Source: Candidatus Kaiserbacteria bacterium
GTDB lineage: Bacteria > Patescibacteriota > Minisyncoccia > Phycocordibacterales > UBA2100
Direction: 5' to 3'
DNA: 64,000 bases
Assembly (NCBI GenBank): GCA_028286585.1
Contig: JAQBRI010000009.1
Span: forward strand, 28,010-92,009
Under the pieces are notes generated by a model. That model worked only from the letters and a program-made list of their open reading frames with translations. It was not told the DNA's origin and made no database searches. This document shows, piece by piece, positions 9,326 through 19,542 of the stretch (positions are counted from its first letter, which is position 1; each line of letters starts with the position of its first letter). The position numbers and the translations under genes are program-made.

Positions 9326-9934
9326 CTAGGCGCCGATTTCAGGGAAGAGAAAATCTTTTCCGCCGCGGCCGCGGAGTTCGTTGCGATGATCAAGAAGGCG
9401 TGCGTAATTCTTCTCGCGATCACTAGCGTCTTTCGCGAGTGGCACGCGGTACTCCGCGTCGCCATGTGGCTGAATGATATTGATGTGAATATGCGGAATC
9501 GTACCTGCGTGGTAAAGCGGATCACCGAAGCGCATGAGAATACCGCCGCCCCTCAAATCAAACTGTTTAACGGCACAAGAAAATAAAAATCCGATGCATA
9601 TCCAATCGCTGTCGGTGAGCTCCCCAACATCGGTGATGTGTTCGTCCGGGACGATCAGAAACATATGCCTTGTCTCCTTGGCGGGGAAATCATTCTTCCG
9701 AAGTTTCCAGTCCCCTGCGGCAAGTATGTCCGACCCTCCTTGTTTACAAAAAGGACAATGTCGTCTCGGATCGATGAGCGCCTTGATCGTCGAGCTGAAC
9801 TGGTCGAAGCTTCGACACCCCATAAGGTACTTCATGTTCGTGCTGAGACTCTGTATCCCAGCAAACTCGTTCGGCAAAGCAAAAAGTTCGGTAAATACTT
9901 CGCATGACATCTTACATCTCCATGACCATGTCAC
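9326..9934 (-). CDS. HIT (histidine triad)-like family protein with a CxxC pair
   Basis: 'CPFC' zinc motif plus 'HIHINIIQPH' (HxHxHxx HIT motif). It is a paralog of the next gene. The true start may be the internal ATG at 9835. Confidence 0.55.
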   Translation of the reverse strand: MTWSWRCKMSCEVFTELFALPNEFAGIQSLSTNMKYLMGCRSFDQFSSTIKALIDPRRHCPFCKQGGSDILAAGDWKLRKNDFPAKETRHMFLIVPDEHITDVGELTDSDWICIGFLFSCAVKQFDLRGGGILMRFGDPLYHAGTIPHIHINIIQPHGDAEYRVPLAKDASDREKNYARLLDHRNELRGRGGKDFLFPEIGA

Positions 9935-9981
9935 CCATCTGTGACTACGGCGATACTATCCCAAATCTGTCTTTTTCGCAA

Positions 9982-10440
9982 TTACTTCTTTGATTTTCCA
10001 ATCTTCACTCGTACTGGTTCATAATCAGGACTTTCTATATCCGGCTCGATAAGTTGTGCATGAAGATGTCTAACTGTTCCTCCCGATTTTTCTGGTTCTC
10101 CAAATCTCATCGCAATGCCTCCCCCTGTAATATTTCTCTCTTTTATCGCCCAGCGAAAATGCTCCATTAGTTCGGCATATGCTTCGGGAGATAGTTCATC
10201 GATCGCTTCGACATGATTTTTTGTGATAGCTAAAAGATGGTTTTTTGTATGCTCATATGGCCATTGATTATCTGTGAGTATCCAAAACTCTCCTTCTCTC
10301 AAAATAGGTTTTTTATGATAGCGAGCGAGATATTCCGGACAAAACGGACAAACTCCGTCTTCTACGATTATGTTCATAACCGCCCGCTGTTCATCCAGTC
10401 GTGCGTTATCCAAATTAACAAAAGCCTTTTCATTTGCCAT
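9982..10440 (-). CDS. HIT (histidine triad)-like family protein
   Basis: 'CPFCPEYL' and 'GGTVRHLHAQLIEPD'. Block order is shared with 9326..9934. Confidence 0.6.
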   Translation of the reverse strand: MANEKAFVNLDNARLDEQRAVMNIIVEDGVCPFCPEYLARYHKKPILREGEFWILTDNQWPYEHTKNHLLAITKNHVEAIDELSPEAYAELMEHFRWAIKERNITGGGIAMRFGEPEKSGGTVRHLHAQLIEPDIESPDYEPVRVKIGKSKK

Positions 10441-10442
10441 AC

Positions 10443-11327
10443 TTATACAGCGACCGGAATGTCTTTCATTCCAGGATGTGGTTCATAGTCACTCAATTCA
10501 AAATCTTCTGAACGATATGCAAAGATGTCATCTTTTTTGTTGATCATCGTAACAGTTGGCAGTCGCAAAGGGGCGCGAGTAAGGAGCTCCTCCACGTTTG
10601 GAATCTGGTCGACATAAATATGCGCATCCGAAAAACTATGTACAAATTCGTGCGGAATTGTGTTTGTTACGTGTGCTAACATCATCAAAAGCGCGCTGTA
10701 TTGGATCATGTTTGAAGGCACTCCCACCGGAAAGTCAGCCGAGCGCTGAAACATGTGGAGCGTCAGTTTATTGTCGATAATTCTAAAGTGCATCCATCCA
10801 TGGCACGGCGCCACAACCACCTTTTGCTGTTTGCCAGTGCCGCGAATAATGTACTGTGGAATCCATGGCGAAATAAAGTGCGTTCGCAAATGCGGAAATT
10901 CGATCATCTGCTCGATAATATTTTTGATTTGGTTATAACTTTCGCCTTCGGCTGTTGGAAAATCATGAAATGCCGCACCATACGATCCGGGTCCTAAGTC
11001 TCCTACCGCAAGTCCGCGTTTTGCAGCTTTTTCAGGTGTACCCCACGGAGTCCAAAATTTACATCCATATGACTCAAGCCCTTCGAGCGTGCGTTCACCA
11101 TTTATAAACGCGCAAATTTCTCCAATAGAGCCTTTCCAAAAACCTTTTACGCTTCGCTCGGTAATCATCGGAAATCCGTTCTCAAGCTTAAAATGCATCG
11201 GAGGAGGAGCAATAACAGTAAGCGCATCCACTCCTTGCTGACTCGAAACCCGTTCGCCATGTTTGAGAATATATTCCAAATTGTCGCGATACTGCGTGTC
11301 TGGTGTTCGCTCTTCAAATGGCTTCAT
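10443..11327 (-). CDS. thyA: thymidylate synthase (ThyA family)
   Basis: C-terminus 'IFAYRSEDFELSDYEPHPGMKDIPVAV' aligns with E. coli ThyA '[26 protein letters not shown]'. The catalytic 'APCH' is also present. I placed the start at the internal ATG (11327), giving a 295-aa ThyA-sized product that does not overlap dut. The longer ORF runs to 11588. Confidence 0.85.
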   Translation of the reverse strand: MKPFEERTPDTQYRDNLEYILKHGERVSSQQGVDALTVIAPPPMHFKLENGFPMITERSVKGFWKGSIGEICAFINGERTLEGLESYGCKFWTPWGTPEKAAKRGLAVGDLGPGSYGAAFHDFPTAEGESYNQIKNIIEQMIEFPHLRTHFISPWIPQYIIRGTGKQQKVVVAPCHGWMHFRIIDNKLTLHMFQRSADFPVGVPSNMIQYSALLMMLAHVTNTIPHEFVHSFSDAHIYVDQIPNVEELLTRAPLRLPTVTMINKKDDIFAYRSEDFELSDYEPHPGMKDIPVAV

Positions 11328-11390
11328 ACGAGCAGTATAACAGAGTGAATCTGCCGTGCCAGGGACTCCAGAAAATGATAGGATTCGGGT

Positions 11391-11819
11391 ATGAAGTTGC
11401 AAATCCGGCGCCTCGACAAAACGCTCCCACTTCCAGAATATAAAACCGAAGGCGCGGCGGGGATCGATTTGTATGTTCGCGAGAAAACGCAAATTCCCGC
11501 TCGCAGCATTGCAGTTGTACCACTTAATGTATCCATAAAGCCGCCAACAGAGCATTTTGTTCTTCTTGCGCCACGTTCCTCGCTTCACAAGCGTGGGCTT
11601 ATGTTTGCAAACAGCGTTGGCATCATGGACGAGGATTATTGCGGTGATGATGACGAGTATAGAGCTATTTTATATAACTTTACAGACTCGGATGTACTTG
11701 TTGCCCGAGGCGACAGAATTGCGCAGGCGGTCATACTTCCTCGCGAAAAGGTTGCTATCGAAGAAGTCGAATCTATGGAAAGTGTGAGTCGTGGCGGCAT
11801 TGGCTCAACGGGTATATAA
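11391..11819 (+). CDS. dut: dUTP diphosphatase
   Basis: 'YKTEGAAGIDLYV', 'RSSLHKRG' and 'GIMDEDY', plus a C-terminal 'SRGGIGSTG' tail, fit trimeric dUTPase motifs. 142 aa. Confidence 0.85.
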   Translation: MKLQIRRLDKTLPLPEYKTEGAAGIDLYVREKTQIPARSIAVVPLNVSIKPPTEHFVLLAPRSSLHKRGLMFANSVGIMDEDYCGDDDEYRAILYNFTDSDVLVARGDRIAQAVILPREKVAIEEVESMESVSRGGIGSTGI

Positions 11820-11926
11820 TCTAGCGTATGATTTAATTTCGCACATAGTGATTTCTTTTACTACTTTACAACTAGCGTCGCATTTTAAAGGACAGTTACG
11901 CGACGTGATTTTGTCAAAATCAACCT

Positions 11927-13195
11927 ATGAACGACTACTCACACATTCAAAAACAAGACGAAGAGGTATTTGCATCACTTTTGGGCGAAGAAACACGCGA
12001 GCGAGAAGGTATCGAATTAATCCCTTCAGAAAATTACGTTTCAAAAGCAGTGCGCGAAGCCAACAGTTCGATTTTTACTAACAAATATTCCGAAGGCTAT
12101 CCGGGCAAACGCTATTACGGTGGGCAATTCTATACTGACATCGTCGAAAATCTTGCGATCGATCGTGCCAAGCAACTTTTTGGTGCACAATTTGTAAACG
12201 TACAACCGCACTCGGGAGCAAACGCAAACATTGCGATGTATTTTGCTTTGCTTGAACCAGGTGACACCATCTTGGGAATGGATCTTTCGCATGGCGGGCA
12301 CCTTACACATGGTCATCCTGTCACCTATCTCACCAAGATTTTTAAATTCATCCGCTACAAAATGAAGGACGTAGAAACGGGTGAAATTGATTATGACGAA
12401 ATGCGAGCAACTGCACTCGAACATAAACCAAAGATTATTCTTGCTGGATATTCTGCATATCCGCGCGAACTCGATTATGCAAAAATAGCAGCTATCGCAC
12501 ACGAAGTCGGAGCATACGCAGTGATGGATATGGCACACATTGCTGGGCTTATTGCCGGTGGTGTGATGAAAAATCCATTTGATTATGGGTTTGATGTCAT
12601 GACTACAACTACACACAAAACCTTGCGAGGACCTCGCGGCGGCATGATCCTTACTTACAACAATCCCGAGATTGCCAAAAAAATAGATAAATCAGTTTTT
12701 CCAGGTCTCCAGGGAGGTCCGCTTATGAATACAATCGCTGCAAAGGCAGTGTGTTTTGGCGAAGCGCTCAAGCCGTCGTTCAAAACATATGCTGCTCGCA
12801 TTCTCGAAAACGCAAAAGCAATGGAGACAGTTTTCAAAGCAAAAAATATTCGCATGCTGACTGGTGGAACAAGTAGTCATCTTATTCTCGCAGACGTTTT
12901 TGGATCACTTCAAGTCACCGGCAAAGAAGCAGAGAACTTGCTGGATTCTGTCGGTATTACGCTCAACAAAAATGCAATTGCTGATGATGTTCGCGGGCCA
13001 ATGGATCCTTCGGGAATCCGTTTTGGTACTCCGGCAATTACTACGCGCGGATTTGGCACAAAGGAATGCGCGCGAGTAGCAGAACTCATGATCGACACTC
13101 TCACAAACCGCGAAGACAAGACCAAACTCGAAGAAATACACAGCGAAATAAAATCTCTCTGCGAAGCATTCCCTATTCCCGATTCGTTCACATAA
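11927..13195 (+). CDS. glyA: serine hydroxymethyltransferase
   Basis: 'SHGGHLTHGHPV' and the PLP-lysine block 'TTTTHKTLRGPRGG' are canonical SHMT motifs. 422 aa. Confidence 0.95.
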   Translation: MNDYSHIQKQDEEVFASLLGEETREREGIELIPSENYVSKAVREANSSIFTNKYSEGYPGKRYYGGQFYTDIVENLAIDRAKQLFGAQFVNVQPHSGANANIAMYFALLEPGDTILGMDLSHGGHLTHGHPVTYLTKIFKFIRYKMKDVETGEIDYDEMRATALEHKPKIILAGYSAYPRELDYAKIAAIAHEVGAYAVMDMAHIAGLIAGGVMKNPFDYGFDVMTTTTHKTLRGPRGGMILTYNNPEIAKKIDKSVFPGLQGGPLMNTIAAKAVCFGEALKPSFKTYAARILENAKAMETVFKAKNIRMLTGGTSSHLILADVFGSLQVTGKEAENLLDSVGITLNKNAIADDVRGPMDPSGIRFGTPAITTRGFGTKECARVAELMIDTLTNREDKTKLEEIHSEIKSLCEAFPIPDSFT

Positions 13196-13312
13196 CCTTG
13201 GTTTGATTTATTGCCTCAACTGCTACCTCTGTACGCATTCTAACGACCGTTACAATGCGTACAGATTGTCATTTCATATGCGTGGCGAAGTAATCAGTAT
13301 TCAGCTATACTA

Positions 13313-13954
13313 ATGAACATGTTTACTACCGTTCTGTCGCTACTTCAAATCCCACACACTTCCCTAGCACATATCGTAACACTCATCGGTTATCCAGGTA
13401 TATTTGCTGCTATTTTTGCCGAAACAGGAGTCTTTTTTGGTTTTTTCTTGCCAGGATCTAGTCTTTTGTTTACGGCAGGTCTTCTTGCTTCGAAAGGAGT
13501 ATTTAATATTTGGGTCCTTTTTACTGTTGCATCTGTTGCAGCAATTTTGGGAGACAACGCAGGATACTGGTTTGGTTCAACTGTCGGTCACCAGCTGTAT
13601 AACCGTGCAGACTCGCGTTTTTTCAAAAAGAAATATTTGCTTGAAGCACATGCTTTTTATCAAAAATATGGATTACAAACTATTGTGCTTGCCCGCTTCA
13701 TTCCTGTAATTCGTACGTTTGTTCCGATCGTGGCAGGTATCGCAGAAATGGATTACAAACGATTCTTCTTGTACAACGTATTTGGTGGTTTTTTGTGGGC
13801 TGGTGGAATGTGTGTAGCCGGATATTATTTGGGCAAACATGTCCCATGGGTATCCACCTACCTTACTCCGATCATTTTGGTGATCATATTTATATCGATA
13901 CTTCCAGTTCTTGTGCAGTTTTACAAACAGTCTCGGACAAAATCACATTCTTAA
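13313..13954 (+). CDS. DedA/SNARE-associated family membrane protein
   Basis: 'FAAIFAETGVFFGFFLPGSSLLFTAGLLA' matches the DedA core motif. Confidence 0.75.
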   Translation: MNMFTTVLSLLQIPHTSLAHIVTLIGYPGIFAAIFAETGVFFGFFLPGSSLLFTAGLLASKGVFNIWVLFTVASVAAILGDNAGYWFGSTVGHQLYNRADSRFFKKKYLLEAHAFYQKYGLQTIVLARFIPVIRTFVPIVAGIAEMDYKRFFLYNVFGGFLWAGGMCVAGYYLGKHVPWVSTYLTPIILVIIFISILPVLVQFYKQSRTKSHS

Positions 13955-14007
13955 AGATTTGGAATTTAAGTATCGAAGCTTTTTCGTAATGCACAAGAGA
14001 AAATTTG

Positions 14008-14817
14008 TTATTGCTCGAGAAGCGCCAGCCCTCCGTACAACCCCCCATCATCTTTGAGCTGTGAGTGTATGAGTCGCGGTATCGTTGGGAATTTATGCAT
14101 AAGTAGTTTTAAGTGTTCCGTTACACTCTCAACAGATATTCCAATTTCATTAAACATGGATCCACCCAAGACGATAGTGTCTGGAGACCACTCGAGTATC
14201 ATGTTGTGCACCCCAATCGCAGTAATGCGTGCAAGATCTTCCCATACTGGAGAATCTTTGCCCAGATCGCGCGGATGCATTCCATATTTTTTGTGAATAG
14301 CTGAGCCGGATACGAGTTCTTCAAATGTTTCAAGACTATCGCCATGCGAAAGATACTGACCGCCTATTTCAAATCCTTCAGTTGAGCGGTCGATATGTCC
14401 GTCAATAATTCGCACTCCATTTACTCCAGTCGAAATGGTAAGATACGCCATGATCGCACTTCCTACACCTGCTCCATATTTATTTTCACCAAGCCCAACC
14501 AGCGCCGTATCATTCTCAAGCGTGACCGTACACTCAAGCGCTTGCGCCAAATCATCTGCCAGCGGCTTACCGATCCATTCCATGAGATGCTCTGCTGTTG
14601 CAAGTGAGCGCTTATCATGAGAAAGCACACCAGGTACCCCCGCAACAAAGCGATCAATTGCTCCGCCTTCTGCAAGTTGTTTTGCCATTTGAACTATCAA
14701 TTCCAAACCCTGTTCATATTGCTGAGGTGTTTCAACATGCGTTGAACTGATCGATGTGTGCGCATTTGAAGCAACGCGCATTTTTGTTCCTCCAATATCA
14801 GCAAGGATTGCACGCAT
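14008..14817 (-). CDS. ROK-family sugar kinase (glucokinase-like)
   Basis: N-terminal 'ILADIGGTKMRVA' ATPase phosphate-1 motif and a Gly-rich 'GAGVGSAIM' block. Confidence 0.6.
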   Translation of the reverse strand: MRAILADIGGTKMRVASNAHTSISSTHVETPQQYEQGLELIVQMAKQLAEGGAIDRFVAGVPGVLSHDKRSLATAEHLMEWIGKPLADDLAQALECTVTLENDTALVGLGENKYGAGVGSAIMAYLTISTGVNGVRIIDGHIDRSTEGFEIGGQYLSHGDSLETFEELVSGSAIHKKYGMHPRDLGKDSPVWEDLARITAIGVHNMILEWSPDTIVLGGSMFNEIGISVESVTEHLKLLMHKFPTIPRLIHSQLKDDGGLYGGLALLEQ

Positions 14818-14818
14818 A

Positions 14819-15799
14819 TTATTCGGACATACGTTTTTTAAACTCAGCTATAAGCGGCGTTTGAGGGAATGGTACTCCATAGCCTGTCGCAAGCTCTCGC
14901 GCAACTGCATCCCCCAGTAATATCGTTTTAAACGCCTTACTAAAGCCGGTATCCGATAACTCTACCGTATACACCCCGATACCTTTTTCGATGAGCATCT
15001 GGCTTGCAACCTGCATACGCTTTTGTATGCGCGGATTGTCATTTGGGTCCGCAAAAATGACAACGCCCATGGAATCTGTGATTTTACTCGTACTTTCTGT
15101 AACATCAAATCCGGATAAATCATTGTGACAAAGCTCTGGGCAGACATCAATAAATGCCGGTACCTTTGTTGTTTCATTAAAATGTACTTTCCAAATATAA
15201 GAGAGCGGCGTGTTTACGTTCGAAGCCCAAATAAGTGGTATTTTGTTTTTGAGAAAAAGTGCAATCGTATTTACTGTGTCTTGATGAGGAAAAAGATCTT
15301 CACGTACACCGGCAAGCAAAATTTCTTGTTGCAATGCATCATCTTCTAGTATCAATGCCAACGCCCGCATTCCAAAACCAATCGCAAGACGAGGCTCAAG
15401 TCCGATTTCTGGAAGAATAACGAGCGGTATGTTATGAGTGCGAGCAAAATCAGCCAACTCGCCACCTGTCGTGATAGCGGCAAGCGAGCATCCGCGTACC
15501 AAGGCCTCAGCAGCTGCATCCAAAATTTCTTCGGTATTACCAGAATACGAACTCAAAATAACTAATGTATCCTTGGGATCATATATTCCTGAGTCATACA
15601 TATACACTGGGAGTCCATAATCACGATGAATGCTCAGTTCGGGTTGATTATCAAAATTTTTGACAAGCCATGCCGGCAAATGCGACCCTCCCATACCGCA
15701 AACAATTGTATGTGGTTTATGCTGCAAAAAATGGCTTCTTTCAACCTTTAACTCAGTTGTGAATTGAGATTGAAATTGTATGTGTAAATCTTCATGCAT
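14819..15799 (-). CDS. bifunctional phosphoglucose/phosphomannose isomerase (SIS domain, archaeal-type PGI/PMI)
   Basis: 'TIVCGMGGSHLPA' SIS signature. ~326 aa, typical of the PGI/PMI family. The stop is adjacent to the ROK kinase start. Confidence 0.6.
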   Translation of the reverse strand: MHEDLHIQFQSQFTTELKVERSHFLQHKPHTIVCGMGGSHLPAWLVKNFDNQPELSIHRDYGLPVYMYDSGIYDPKDTLVILSSYSGNTEEILDAAAEALVRGCSLAAITTGGELADFARTHNIPLVILPEIGLEPRLAIGFGMRALALILEDDALQQEILLAGVREDLFPHQDTVNTIALFLKNKIPLIWASNVNTPLSYIWKVHFNETTKVPAFIDVCPELCHNDLSGFDVTESTSKITDSMGVVIFADPNDNPRIQKRMQVASQMLIEKGIGVYTVELSDTGFSKAFKTILLGDAVARELATGYGVPFPQTPLIAEFKKRMSE

Positions 15800-15843
15800 T
15801 TAATAATTGTACCATATTTTAGTATTTCAAAAACAGCGCCGTA

Positions 15844-17802
15844 TTATTTTTTTAAGTGCAGCATGCATTCCAAATATGCTTGTACTGTAAGTACATATGC
15901 CGCATGTGTCCACGCGAGCGGCGTTGCTCCTACCTGTTCGCCAGTGTAGGGATTTAACTGTTCAGACAGCACTCCCGAAGGCTGCGCGTGCAATACAACC
16001 CAATCAAAAATATCAGTAGCCTTTTTCATGTCTGCAATATTTTCTGCACTACGAATGATATATTCTGCATACCACAAAGTGGTGAGTACCCATGGATTTC
16101 CTGGAGCTGTGCTATCGATACGAAAATATTCATCATTCTCAAATCGTGCAACGCCTCCTGCAAGAATATTTTTTGTAAGTATTTTGATAGAAGTATTCCA
16201 CGCTCGAATCATGCGATCATCATGTACATCAAGTACTTCAAATTTCATAAGTCCATACACGCTCGAAATATCAACGGTACGATCGTATTCCATTTTTTCA
16301 CCAGTGTGAGTAATCATATTTATGAACACACCCTTTTCCTCATCCCACAAGTGTTCAAGAATCGCCGCTCGTATTTCATGTGCGACCGTCAGATACTGTA
16401 CTTCCAAATCCGATTTACCCAATATTTTTGCCATTTCGCTTGCGGCAACGAGAGCGCCATACACACTTGCGCTCGTGTATGTACTAGTTCCTCGTTTGCG
16501 CTCCCATAAATCATATGAAGGAAATGGCAGGTGTGTTCTCCCATCACGATAATGGATCATAAATTCAGCGGGCTTTTTTACCAGCACATCAAACATTGCT
16601 TCCAAAAACTCCAAATCACGACTCTGTTGAAAGTGATTGTAGAGCGCGACGACAACAATCGCCGTTTCGTCCTCTTGTATCGGAAGCTGCGGATGTCCGT
16701 CTTTGATCCATGGGTGCCACGAAGAGCCAAACGATCCGTCTGCCCAAAACTTATGCAAAAAATATCCATCTGCCGATATTACGCGTGCACAAAATTTAAA
16801 GAATCGTTTTGCTGCACTGGTGTCACCTACAATATCCAGCATGGTTGCCGCATATGCTGCGTCACGCGGCCATACATATGCATATGTATCGTATCCCCAC
16901 TGCAGCATGTCGGAATCAAGCGAGGCGATGATTCCGCCCTGACCATCGAGATGGGCGCGAACATACATTAATGATTTGGTATAGAGTTGAGATTGTACAG
17001 AAGACAATTTTGAAAGATCGGTCGTGTATGTCTTGATCCATGCGCGCCAATATTCGCGCGTACTTAACACAATGTGTGAAGCAGTTTTTTGTCGCACACT
17101 ATGATCAAGCGCACGTGCCTCATGAATTGAGTGTGCTGCAAGAAGCCAGTAATGACATACTCGTGATTGCCCTACAGCATATTGACCATAAAATCCTATT
17201 ACAGAGTCCGCGGGTCCATGTTCAATAGCGTTTTGTGACAGCATGCCATCATCACAATCTCGGTGTGTACCTTCTTGATTGTTATATCCTGCGCGCCCTG
17301 TCGCATAATCCTGAAATTGTTCGCCGTCCAAATTACCTGACATTAAAAAAGCTCGTTTGTCTTTGTAGTGCACGATTGAATGCGATTCAGGATCAAAAAA
17401 GGCAGTATCTCCGCCATGAGCTTTGTATATTTCAAACTGCTGCCCAAAATACAATTTGATTTCGCGGATACGGTCTGCACCGTTCGTGACTCGTACGCGC
17501 CGTACAAACACCGGTTGTTCATTATAAATAATATCGGTAAATAATAGTTCTATTTGTAGGTTATTATTTCGGGCAATGATACTTGAAGCAAGTGCATTAT
17601 TTTCGCAGGTGACGACGACGCTCCAATCAGGGTCTGATATCCAACTCATCACTCCTTCAACCCATACACCAACGCGATGCAAATAATGTCCGCGTACATG
17701 ATCCTCTTGTCCCACATGCGGATAATAAATATCCCGCACCTGGCCGACACTATCAAGTGCGACGGCAAGTTCGCCATTGGAAAGTATCATAGAGCGAGAC
17801 AT
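15844..17802 (-). CDS. glycoside hydrolase family 15 (glucoamylase/glucodextranase-like)
   Basis: 'GYDTYAYVWPRDAAYAATML' (GH15 W-x-RD block), (alpha/alpha)6-type C-terminal half and an N-terminal beta domain. 652 aa. Confidence 0.7.
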   Translation of the reverse strand: MSRSMILSNGELAVALDSVGQVRDIYYPHVGQEDHVRGHYLHRVGVWVEGVMSWISDPDWSVVVTCENNALASSIIARNNNLQIELLFTDIIYNEQPVFVRRVRVTNGADRIREIKLYFGQQFEIYKAHGGDTAFFDPESHSIVHYKDKRAFLMSGNLDGEQFQDYATGRAGYNNQEGTHRDCDDGMLSQNAIEHGPADSVIGFYGQYAVGQSRVCHYWLLAAHSIHEARALDHSVRQKTASHIVLSTREYWRAWIKTYTTDLSKLSSVQSQLYTKSLMYVRAHLDGQGGIIASLDSDMLQWGYDTYAYVWPRDAAYAATMLDIVGDTSAAKRFFKFCARVISADGYFLHKFWADGSFGSSWHPWIKDGHPQLPIQEDETAIVVVALYNHFQQSRDLEFLEAMFDVLVKKPAEFMIHYRDGRTHLPFPSYDLWERKRGTSTYTSASVYGALVAASEMAKILGKSDLEVQYLTVAHEIRAAILEHLWDEEKGVFINMITHTGEKMEYDRTVDISSVYGLMKFEVLDVHDDRMIRAWNTSIKILTKNILAGGVARFENDEYFRIDSTAPGNPWVLTTLWYAEYIIRSAENIADMKKATDIFDWVVLHAQPSGVLSEQLNPYTGEQVGATPLAWTHAAYVLTVQAYLECMLHLKK

Positions 17803-17846
17803 AATATGATTATTGTAACATCATAAAATTACGATATAGTGTTCGT

Positions 17847-18335
17847 ATGAATACGCCTCCTTCGCATTACACAGATGATCATCGCATTACGAGCGAAGAC
17901 TTGTTTAACGCTAGCTCATACGAGGAATTAGCACAAATTGCACTGGGCGAACTCAAGTCTCTTGGAAATGCAGTCTCAATTGTCTGCGGACCAATAACGA
18001 CAGGCGGCCGCGGATCGATCAAGGACAACGTTGCGGTATTTGGAGCAACCATCAAAAAATTATCCGAAACGAATATATTGTTTAACCAGGTGCCCTACGA
18101 GGGCTCAATCGCACGCCTACGGCAAATATGGCACAACGAAGGCAACACCGGATACTGTATGCCAATACTTGATGTGTTTTATGCCCAACTCTTTGAGAGC
18201 GGCAATATTACCAAAGCATATTTTATTCCAGGCTGGGAATCATCATTTGGTGCACGTTGGGAACATAACGAAATGAAATTACATGGAGTAGAAATCGTGT
18301 ACCTTACCGACGAATGGATCGATAGTATTATATAA
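17847..18335 (+). CDS. hypothetical protein
   Basis: 162-aa ORF. No confident motif. Confidence 0.4.
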   Translation: MNTPPSHYTDDHRITSEDLFNASSYEELAQIALGELKSLGNAVSIVCGPITTGGRGSIKDNVAVFGATIKKLSETNILFNQVPYEGSIARLRQIWHNEGNTGYCMPILDVFYAQLFESGNITKAYFIPGWESSFGARWEHNEMKLHGVEIVYLTDEWIDSII

Positions 18336-18342
18336 AAACTAT

Positions 18343-19536
18343 TTATTTTGCCCGCTCAACACGAAGCCTGAGATCCGAGAGTGCATTCATGTACGCAATG
18401 TATGCGTCATATGGTGATTCATAGGGAGAAAAATATGCGTGCACATCGCCGTCATTCGCATATTTGGTACACATATAGTAAAAGTGATCCGACGTCTGCA
18501 TTCGGCGCCAATCTTCGAGGATGCGACCGTCGTTTGCCAAGAGTACACCATCTTCAAGTGCATACACCGCATCAATTGCCGCACGCTGTAGCGGATTTCC
18601 TGTCCACGCAGACAAATCGCGGTCGGTGTCTGCCCACGTCACGATGTCTGGCATATCGATTTCATCTTTTGTATCAAAACTGCGCGAAACTTCGGATGGA
18701 GTCATAAATGTAATTCCTGGATTTTTGGCAACCTCTTGCGGCAGTGCCTCCAAAAAGTGAAAGATGCCAGTGTCCTCCCACTGGTGCTCACCAAACGTCT
18801 CATAGTCCATAAACAAATTTACAGTGTCTCCCGGCGCTTCACCAAGCCAAGCACCAAATTTTTCACTCGTGAGCGGCCATTCAGCCCAGTCTTGTGATGA
18901 AAAACGAAATGCGACATCATCAGAAAGTTTATAATTTTTAAGCAGTAGCTTTATCCGATTTGCTCCGACCGGTTTATATACATAATTTGGACTGCGCCAT
19001 CCCAAAACTGGATCCCATCCTTCTGCAAGAATAGTTTCATACCCGTTCTTGTCGGCCCAATGTGCCAAATCATTGCGATATGACAGTTCAGTGTTACGAA
19101 ATGTTCGTGGCCATACGCCAAAAAGTCGGCGTACAAGCTCGCGGTGCTTTGCTACCTGACGCTCAAACTCGGGCTGTGAATAAAAGAAGGAGAGCGAATG
19201 GTAATATGTCTCGCCAAGTACTTCGACTTGTCCTGTATCAATGACGCGCTTAAACAAATCAAGCGCTTCAGGGACATATTGCTCCAGCTGCTCGAGCGCA
19301 ATGCCAGAAAAAGAAAATGACACGTGCATTTCCGGATGCCGCTGCAAGAGCTTGAGCAATAACGACGTCGCAGGAATGTATGATTTGCGGGCAACTTTTT
19401 CGACAATACGTCGATTGTTCAAATCGGTCTCACTTCGATCATTAAAATACTCAGTATCGTGCCCAATATCAAATACTCGGTACTTTTTTACACGATAGGG
19501 TTGGTGAACTTGAAAATAAAAACAAAGTGCCTTCAT
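18343..19536 (-). CDS. glycoside hydrolase family 57 protein (alpha-amylase/glucan-branching-like)
   Basis: N-terminal 'LCFYFQVHQPYR' is the GH57 hallmark block. 397 aa. Confidence 0.75.
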   Translation of the reverse strand: MKALCFYFQVHQPYRVKKYRVFDIGHDTEYFNDRSETDLNNRRIVEKVARKSYIPATSLLLKLLQRHPEMHVSFSFSGIALEQLEQYVPEALDLFKRVIDTGQVEVLGETYYHSLSFFYSQPEFERQVAKHRELVRRLFGVWPRTFRNTELSYRNDLAHWADKNGYETILAEGWDPVLGWRSPNYVYKPVGANRIKLLLKNYKLSDDVAFRFSSQDWAEWPLTSEKFGAWLGEAPGDTVNLFMDYETFGEHQWEDTGIFHFLEALPQEVAKNPGITFMTPSEVSRSFDTKDEIDMPDIVTWADTDRDLSAWTGNPLQRAAIDAVYALEDGVLLANDGRILEDWRRMQTSDHFYYMCTKYANDGDVHAYFSPYESPYDAYIAYMNALSDLRLRVERAK

Positions 19537-19542
19537 GTCCGC

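Noticed and set aside
10443-11588. Long 381-aa version of the thyA ORF, whose 5' 261 nt overlap the dut gene on the opposite strand
   Set aside because: The internal ATG at 11327 gives a ThyA-sized protein starting 'MKPFEERTPD...' like canonical ThyA N-termini and removes the antisense overlap with dut. The N-terminal extension is Trp/Arg-rich junk.
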